From the NCBI GenBank assembly GCA_025062375.1, contig JANXAG010000002.1:2101-66100 (forward strand): a stretch of DNA of 64,000 nucleotides, read 5' to 3'. The notes under the pieces were generated by a model. The model saw nothing but the letters and a program-made list of their open reading frames with translations. It was not told the DNA's origin and ran no database searches. The position numbers were made by a program, and so were the translations under genes. Every line of letters begins with the position of its first letter. Position 1 is the first letter of the stretch. The stretch comes from Anaerolineae bacterium (lineage in GTDB: Bacteria > Chloroflexota > Anaerolineae > SpSt-600). Of this stretch, positions 58,501 through 64,000 are shown one piece after another.

Positions 58501-59433
58501 TCCAACATCGTGAAAGCCATAGCCGATTTTGCCGAACAAAGGCCAGCTCCGCGGCTCAGAGTGAATGTAAACCAGATCGTGGAACAAACCTTAGCTTTCT
58601 ATCATTCGGAACTGAAGAGCAACAACGTAGAGGTAACCAGAGAGTTAGCTTCTGACCTTCCGGAAACAGGGGGTGATCCATACCAGCTCCAGCAAGCTTT
58701 TGAGCAAATAATAATCAATGCCTACCAAGCCCTCAAACCCAAGGGCGGAGGAAAACTCATAGTCCGCACAAGAAAGCAGGAAAGCCCAGAGCCCATGATC
58801 GTCATTGAGTTCATAAACGATGGCCCCCCCATACCTGAAGATATACTTCCGCACATATTCAATCCCTTTGTGAGCGGGAAGGATGGGCATGAAGGGCTGG
58901 GACTGTCCATAACATACAGCATCATAGCCCGACACGGTGGCACCGTATGGGCTGAAAATCTTCCCGAAGGAGGGGTTCGCTTCGGGGTAGAGATTCCCAT
59001 TGTGGTTCCGGAGCCAGATTGGGCTCTCAAGACCCTCAGGGAGCTGGAAAAAAGCCAGAGCCCAACTGTTCTCCTTATGGGTAAGGGGCTTCGTATTCTG
59101 GAAATGGAGAGGACCTTTTCTTCCTGGGGCTACCGCTGCTTGAAAGCTTACAGCCTTTCGGAAGCTCTGGAATTAATGGGGAAGGAAAAGCTTTCAGCCA
59201 TCTTTTGTCTTTTGTCTCCGGAGTTTTCGGAAGATTGTTTTGAATTTTACAGAAAGGCAGTGGAGATAGAGCCGGCTTTCGCCAGAAAATTCATCTTCTT
59301 GGTTAAAGGTCCTGTGCCTGCGAATTTGTCTCGCCTTCTGAGGACAACGGCCGGGCTCCATCTTGTGGAGCCTGTGGACCCGGAAACCCTTCGCCAAACT
59401 TTGGGGAAAATAATCTTCACAACGGAGGGTTAA
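55510..59433 (+). CDS. hybrid sensor histidine kinase: periplasmic solute-binding (family 3) domain, TM, several GAF domains, PAS, HisKA, HATPase, degenerate C-terminal receiver-like domain
   Basis: 1307 aa. The N-terminus has a signal/TM segment plus an amino-acid-binding-like domain. The H box is ALAHELNNPLAVILGYASLL. ATPase G boxes are present. The C-terminal segment resembles a receiver fold. Start overlaps the mtnP stop. Confidence 0.8.
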   Translation: MIIKIRDLLSRPKILLALGIVLALLAGAGVYFNLLTLKKPALSPSQKEWLARKGKIVIAGDYAFPPFEYVEGNEYKGFNVDLVYSLALNLGVEVEIRPMLWEEARRALEEGRVDAIQGMRYTPERATIYSFSRPFLQSYSTIFILADRQGISSVNDLKGLKVAVQKGDVSYDYLSTLPEINILAVETQEEGLELLLEGKVDAFVGNKWVGLFILKKAGAEEKVKTVGAPLFPSPYCMAVRKGEEELLSILNTGLEILESNSTLAALYQKWFGTSAEIHPRIAVMPLLIRVSGLVIFLFLTTFFLYIWNLTLRREVRKSVTVEKTLRERLKALYELSRKLPLLSDEREIAQVVITIARDVVGVSSSSLWLLDESRGVLVELKEGGGRELSLYSENIVSRVARTGEISHLAEAQSDPQCAEIYPQAGSCLCIPIHAAGKILGVLVGTKEVKRGFSPDEQELLVALAEQASVALENIKLRRGLDAQLQDLAQEVLHRTLIQEIASLASSSFDIRKILNTAAAKIVETLGVSHCAIILFDLDKMEGTVEAEFPIQDSLGLKFDLRTYPALSYLIETRKPLVVPDVEAEPLLEQIRTLLAMAEIRSLLFIPLIHQENIVGSIGIEVKGEKREFSATEIQLLQAVAYQLTMAIQNARLYHEIQTRYHQLASLQDSIRVLNSYLDLDGILSLLKGLIIGLLDADRSAILLFDEEKKLRCVASDGLSAGYVSLIESLQIWPPDLEEAPPPLMVSDILKDPFFISIRGATMDEGISSALYLPLFHRGKLLGSIAIFCDEPRYFSPMEISIARAIADQAAVAINNAILFREVKKAGEEWDETFNGIREGIVLVDPGFRILRANEAFGKLAGLPCRELIGRTVYEVFPSLRDIHPPVTPQNIPNGREKLWHLKNRTFRIIHHPIIGVTGLVEKMVVIFEDITEKLALQNRLLQTHTLASLGKMASALAHELNNPLAVILGYASLLQMEPIPEKVREALQEMEANARRASNIVKAIADFAEQRPAPRLRVNVNQIVEQTLAFYHSELKSNNVEVTRELASDLPETGGDPYQLQQAFEQIIINAYQALKPKGGGKLIVRTRKQESPEPMIVIEFINDGPPIPEDILPHIFNPFVSGKDGHEGLGLSITYSIIARHGGTVWAENLPEGGVRFGVEIPIVVPEPDWALKTLRELEKSQSPTVLLMGKGLRILEMERTFSSWGYRCLKAYSLSEALELMGKEKLSAIFCLLSPEFSEDCFEFYRKAVEIEPAFARKFIFLVKGPVPANLSRLLRTTAGLHLVEPVDPETLRQTLGKIIFTTEG

Positions 59434-59436
59434 GCC

Positions 59437-60519
59437 ATGTTCCTGATTTTAACCATAAATCCTGGCTCTACTTCAACCAAAATTGCTCTTTTTGAGGATG
59501 AAAATTGCATCTTGAGGGAAGAGATATACCACTCGCCCGAGGAGCTTCTCCAGTACAAAAGAATTGTAGAGCAATATCCCCTGCGCCGGGATGCAGTGCT
59601 GAAGTTTCTGGAAAAAAGCGGGGTTGCCCTTTCATCCCTCAGCGCAGTGGTGGGAAGGGGAGGGATAATGCGCCCTCTGGAGAGCGGCACTTACCTCATA
59701 AACCAAAAAATGCTGGAAGACCTCGGGGCGCCCAAGGAAAGGGAACATGCCTCAAACCTGGGAGCTTTTCTGGCTTACGAAATAGCGCAGAAAGCAGGAG
59801 TTCCCGCTTTTGTGGTGGATCCAGTGTGCGTTGATGAATTTGATGATATTGCCCGAATTTCAGGCCTTCCGGAAATAGAACGTAAGAGCCTATCCCATGC
59901 TCTGAACTTAAAAGCGGCAGGCCGCAAAGCTGGCAGGGATCTTGGAAAAAGCTACCAGGAACTCAACCTGGTCATAGTCCATATGGGCGGCGGGATATCA
60001 GTTTCAGCCCACCGCAAGGGCAGAATGGTGGATGTAAATCAGGCTCTGGATGGAACCGGCCCCTTTTCCCCGGAAAGGGCTGGCGGATTGCCCATCGGAG
60101 ATCTCATAAGAATGTGCTATTCAGTCCCGCCTTACGATAAAACTCGCTACACTTACGAAGAGATGATTATCAAAGTAACTCGCAGAGGAGGACTTCTGGC
60201 CCACCTTGGCACCAACGATGCAAGGGAAGTGGAAAAGCGCATAGCTCAGGGAGATGAACGTGCCCGCCTTATCTACGAAGCCATGGCCTATCAGATTGCC
60301 AAGGAAATAGGAGCAATGGCTACGGTCCTCAAGGGAGAAATAGACGCTATCGTGCTAACCGGAGGCCTCGCTCGCTCTGAAATGCTGGTAGGCTGGATAA
60401 AAGAAAGAGTGGGATGGATCGCTCCCATCCTGGTTTATCCAGGGGAGGATGAAATGCTGGCCATGGCTCAGGGAGCTCTGAGGGTGCTGAGGGGCGAGGA
60501 AAAAGCGAAGGAATACTGA
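59437..60519 (+). CDS. buk: butyrate kinase
   Basis: N-terminal LILTINPGSTSTKIALFE with full-length ASKHA acetate/butyrate kinase similarity. Confidence 0.85.
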   Translation: MFLILTINPGSTSTKIALFEDENCILREEIYHSPEELLQYKRIVEQYPLRRDAVLKFLEKSGVALSSLSAVVGRGGIMRPLESGTYLINQKMLEDLGAPKEREHASNLGAFLAYEIAQKAGVPAFVVDPVCVDEFDDIARISGLPEIERKSLSHALNLKAAGRKAGRDLGKSYQELNLVIVHMGGGISVSAHRKGRMVDVNQALDGTGPFSPERAGGLPIGDLIRMCYSVPPYDKTRYTYEEMIIKVTRRGGLLAHLGTNDAREVEKRIAQGDERARLIYEAMAYQIAKEIGAMATVLKGEIDAIVLTGGLARSEMLVGWIKERVGWIAPILVYPGEDEMLAMAQGALRVLRGEEKAKEY

Positions 60520-60522
60520 ACC

Positions 60523-61071
60523 ATGATTTTTAATCCACTGGACGGTCTCATCCTTCTTGGGCTTGGTGCTGGGGCGTTCTGGGGCTTTAGCAGGGGAAGC
60601 TTAAGAGAGTTAATTGATGTGGTATGCCTTTACCTTGCTACTCTGGCGACCACTCTGGTTTTCCAGAGACCTGCCAGATGGTTCGCCCTTAACTTCGATT
60701 TACCATTACCATTTACGGAAATTTTGACCTTTACCCTGCTACTGGCGGGCTTTTTCTCCTTCTTCCTCTACATCGCCCTTGACTTTTTGAAACCACCCAG
60801 GGGGCGATACCTGACAATAACCGACAGAATGGGTGGGATGATTTTCGGATTGCTCTTTGCGCTGATTTTAATCAGTCTTGTTCTCTTTTTCCTGGATCAC
60901 GCCTTAAAAGTTAACTGGCTCAGGTGGGATCAATACCGAAAAGCCATCCTTGAGACCAGAATCGCTTCCCTCATAGCCCCTTTTATAGAAGAGTTTGGGA
61001 GAACAATCCTGCTGGTGCTCAGACCTTTCTTCCCTAAAGGGTTACCCTCGCTTCTGGAACCCCGCCTCTGA
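60523..61071 (+). CDS. cvpA: CvpA-family membrane protein
   Basis: 182 aa, 4 TM helices, N-terminal MIFNPLDGLILLGLG typical of CvpA. Confidence 0.7.
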   Translation: MIFNPLDGLILLGLGAGAFWGFSRGSLRELIDVVCLYLATLATTLVFQRPARWFALNFDLPLPFTEILTFTLLLAGFFSFFLYIALDFLKPPRGRYLTITDRMGGMIFGLLFALILISLVLFFLDHALKVNWLRWDQYRKAILETRIASLIAPFIEEFGRTILLVLRPFFPKGLPSLLEPRL

Positions 61072-61350
61072 ATTCATTGGGGATAAAGGCGGGGTTATCC
61101 AGCTCTGGAGGAGGCTGCAAAGGTGGAAGCATCTTCTACTGGCCGGGAGCAAGCTGTTCAGGAAAATGGCAGGAGTTTGGGTGCTGGAAAATAGAGCAAA
61201 ATGTTCAGCCCCTACGCAAGACCTCAGCGTCAGGAACTTTACAGACTGGTAATGGTCTTCTTGCGCAGGAGCCGTGCGAGCTTGACAACCCTATCGCACT
61301 TCATATAATTTTTTTCCCTGTAATAGCAAACCTTCGAGGAGGTGATGGAA

Positions 61351-62508
61351 ATGGGGCGGCTTTACTGGGTGGTTTTGCCTATAATGCTGGCTCTGGTGGT
61401 CGCACCAGTCTTCGCCCAGGGACCTTCCGAGGGACTAGTTATTTTTACCCGTTACCCTTCCCGCGTTATTGAACCGGGGAAAACCCCCTATTTTGATCTT
61501 ACCGTCAAGAATAACAGCTTATATCCCCTTACTGTCCGCCTCAATGTAAAAGACCTGCCCGAAGGATGGACTGCTACTTTCCGGGGAGGAGGAGACATAA
61601 TTCAGGCGGTTTACCTCCGGCCAGGTGAGGAAGCATCCGTTTCTCTGAGGCTTGAACTGCCTCCCGGGCTTTCTTCAGGAGCCTTTACCTTTACCGTAGT
61701 AGCTGAAAGTGCTGGAGCTGTCGCCTCTTTCCCTCTGGAGCTGGTTTTTAAAGAGAAATTGCCCCCCAGGCTCTCCATGGAGGTCGAGCTTCCGACCCTT
61801 AAAGGGACTTCCACCACCACTTTCCGCTACGATGTAACCGTGAAGAACGAAGGCGATGAGGATATAACGGTGAACTTGAGCGCTGATGTTCCTAAGGGGT
61901 TCATTGTAAGCTTCAAGTCTTACGGGAAAGATGTATCCAGCATCCCGATAAAGGCTAATAGTTCAGAACGCTTGACGGTAGAAGTTGAGCCCTTCGTTGA
62001 ATTGCCAGCTGGGAGCTATCCCATAAATATAAGAGTCCAGGGGCCTGAAGTGGAAACCTCTGCTACTCTCGTAGCTGAGATAACCGGTCAGCCTCGCTTG
62101 TCTATAACTACCCCTGATGGTAGGCTCTCGGGTCAAGCTTACGCTGGCCGTGAATCCCCCCTTAGAGTTGTGATCCAGAACAACGGTTCCGCTCCGGCCT
62201 ACGGAGTAAAACTGAATGCCTATGAGCCCTCAGGATGGAGTGTGGAGTTCGAACCCAGCGATGAAATCGACGAAATCCCTGTGGGAAAGCAGGTAGAAGT
62301 GACGGTTAAGGTGCGCCCGTCGGAAAAGGCAGTGGCTGGAGACTACATGCTGACCCTTAATGCTACCCCTAAAGAGGGGTCCAGTGCTTCCGCCGATTTC
62401 CGCATTACTGTGTTAACTTCAACCCTGTGGGGTGTGGTCGGTTTGGGAATAATCGCTGTGGCTGTTCTTGTGGTAGCTCTTGCTGTAATGCGCTTCGGCC
62501 GGCGCTAA
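61351..62508 (+). CDS. secreted, C-terminally membrane-anchored protein with tandem Ig-like/NEW3-like domains (COG1470-like)
   Basis: Signal peptide MGRLYWVVLPIMLALVVAPVFAQG, about four 90-aa beta-rich repeats, and a C-terminal TM helix. Lies upstream of the ABC-2 transporter genes. Confidence 0.55.
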   Translation: MGRLYWVVLPIMLALVVAPVFAQGPSEGLVIFTRYPSRVIEPGKTPYFDLTVKNNSLYPLTVRLNVKDLPEGWTATFRGGGDIIQAVYLRPGEEASVSLRLELPPGLSSGAFTFTVVAESAGAVASFPLELVFKEKLPPRLSMEVELPTLKGTSTTTFRYDVTVKNEGDEDITVNLSADVPKGFIVSFKSYGKDVSSIPIKANSSERLTVEVEPFVELPAGSYPINIRVQGPEVETSATLVAEITGQPRLSITTPDGRLSGQAYAGRESPLRVVIQNNGSAPAYGVKLNAYEPSGWSVEFEPSDEIDEIPVGKQVEVTVKVRPSEKAVAGDYMLTLNATPKEGSSASADFRITVLTSTLWGVVGLGIIAVAVLVVALAVMRFGRR

Positions 62509-62532
62509 CCCCTTTGACAAGAGGTGAACCCT

Positions 62533-63477
62533 ATGACAAGGTGGGTTGTAGAAACGGTCGGGCTCACCAAACGCTATGGTGAGCTTGTGGCGGTGGATAA
62601 GCTCAACCTCAAGGTCCAGGAAGGGGAAGTTTTCGGCTTGCTGGGGCCCAACGGTTCTGGAAAAACCACTACTATCCTCATGCTTCTGGGCCTCACTGAA
62701 CCTACCTCTGGCAGTGTAAGGGTTTTGGGTTTTGACCCTACCCGCCAGCCCCTGAGCGTTAAGTCCAGGGTTGGATATCTCCCGGAGCTGGTAGGCTTTT
62801 ACGATGATTTAACCGCCAGAGAGAACATGATTTACATAGCAAAGCTCAACGGTCTTTCCAGGCGCGAAGCTTATAAACGCATAGAGCAAGCTCTGGAACA
62901 GGTTGGCCTCAAAGATGTGGCCGATAAGCCTGTAGCTGCCTTCTCCCGGGGTATGCGACAACGCCTGGGGCTGGCGGAAATTCTCATAAAAAACCCCAGT
63001 TTAATTATCCTGGATGAGCCTACCCAAGGGCTTGACCCCGAAGGAGCAAGGGAATTCCTGGAAATGGTCAAAGAGCTTAAAAGGCGTGGGATAACCGTTT
63101 TGCTTTCTTCTCACATATTATCTCAGGTTCAGAAGATATGCGACCGCGTGGGCCTTTTCCACAGGGGAAAGATGGTGCTGGAAGGCACCGTTAGCGAGTT
63201 AGCCCTCAAAGTTCTGGGTTATGCTTACAGAATCCGTCTGGAAGCCCAGGGCTCTCCTGAGGCCATCATTAAAGCCCTGCGAAGCGTCCCCGGCGTCCTT
63301 GAAGTATACCAGCCGGCTCCTGGAATTTACGAGGCTAAAGCGGAAAAAGATGTGCGTTCAGAAACTGTGCGGGCCATCTTGGAAGCCGGAGGAATTTTCA
63401 GAGGCCTCGCGGTTGAAGAGCCAAACCTTGATGAAGTTTACACTGGCTATTTTGAAAAGTTGGAGGTGGAAAAATGA
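62533..63477 (+). CDS. ABC transporter ATP-binding protein (ABC-2 / DrrA-like)
   Basis: Walker [10 protein letters not shown], signature [12 protein letters not shown], Walker [12 protein letters not shown]. The ATG at 62533 follows AAGAGGTG. Confidence 0.85.
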   Translation: MTRWVVETVGLTKRYGELVAVDKLNLKVQEGEVFGLLGPNGSGKTTTILMLLGLTEPTSGSVRVLGFDPTRQPLSVKSRVGYLPELVGFYDDLTARENMIYIAKLNGLSRREAYKRIEQALEQVGLKDVADKPVAAFSRGMRQRLGLAEILIKNPSLIILDEPTQGLDPEGAREFLEMVKELKRRGITVLLSSHILSQVQKICDRVGLFHRGKMVLEGTVSELALKVLGYAYRIRLEAQGSPEAIIKALRSVPGVLEVYQPAPGIYEAKAEKDVRSETVRAILEAGGIFRGLAVEEPNLDEVYTGYFEKLEVEK

Positions 63478-64000
63478 ACCTCAGAGCTGAGCGTGAGGGT
63501 TCGCCCTGGAAAGGCTTATGGGCAGTAATGACCAAAGAGATGGCCGACCATTTGACCAGTGTCCGGATGCAGATTTTGGAAGCGCTCATAGCTCTCACAG
63601 CTTTCGTAACCGTTTATGCTGCTATTCAAAAGATAAGAACTGTTATAGGGCATGACCCATTTTTATTCCTCAAGCTTTTTACAGAGAACAGGGAGCCTTT
63701 GCCGGCCTTTGTGGGCCTTTTAGGTTTCCTTGTCCCTTTGGTAGCTATAGCTCTGGCTTTTGATGCTATTAACGGTGAATTTAACCGCCGGACTATTTCT
63801 CGCCTTCTTGCTCAACCCATCTACCGCGATGCTCTTCTCTTCGGCAAGTTCCTGGCAGGTTTTTTCACCCTGGCCTTGATGCTGGTAGCAATATGGCTTT
63901 TGGTGATGGGTCTGGGGCTACTTCTGCTGGGCGTACCTCCGAGGGGGGAGGAGGTTTTAAGGAGCTTTTTGCATTTAGGGGCCTGTCTATTCTACGGCGG
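63474..64000 (+). CDS. ABC-2 family transporter permease (partial, continues beyond the window)
   Basis: ATG overlaps the ATPase stop as ATGA. The hydrophobic multi-TM protein runs off the window end. Confidence 0.6.
   Translation, partial: MNLRAEREGSPWKGLWAVMTKEMADHLTSVRMQILEALIALTAFVTVYAAIQKIRTVIGHDPFLFLKLFTENREPLPAFVGLLGFLVPLVAIALAFDAINGEFNRRTISRLLAQPIYRDALLFGKFLAGFFTLALMLVAIWLLVMGLGLLLLGVPPRGEEVLRSFLHLGACLFYG

Noticed and set aside
1-64000. CRISPR arrays, insertion sequences, integrases and prophage genes.
   Set aside because: No direct-repeat-plus-spacer arrays and no transposase, integrase or phage structural motifs were seen anywhere in the window.

Overview
This is a 64 kb bacterial chromosomal segment that is densely coded, about 55 % GC, with GGAGG-type ribosome-binding sites and frequent TTG/GTG starts. 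It is mostly housekeeping and sensory genes, and I found no transposases, integrases or CRISPR arrays. Recognised genes include valS behind a T-box leader, lon, hsp20, a frameshifted mfd, pstCAB-phoU, gatCA, sufC with sufBD, pyrC-pyrB, gcvH-gcvPA, an adenosine deaminase, mtnP, buk, ptb, tdh, apt, truD, rnz, cutA, ubiX and an acyl carrier protein. There are also two ABC transporters, two giant multi-GAF histidine kinases without response regulators, and a class III adenylate cyclase. The two RNA genes are tRNA-Gln(UUG) and a 96-nt tRNA-Sec (selC, anticodon UCA) lying 19 nt upstream of ubiX. Other notable items: a transcription regulator with a LuxR helix-turn-helix, one transmembrane helix and a Kelch propeller; a conserved-looking operon of two hypothetical proteins; about 500 bp of unexplained non-coding sequence upstream of the valS promoter; a short motif repeated three times in two non-coding regions; and an NfeD protease that overlaps the 3' end of lon and has no SPFH partner.
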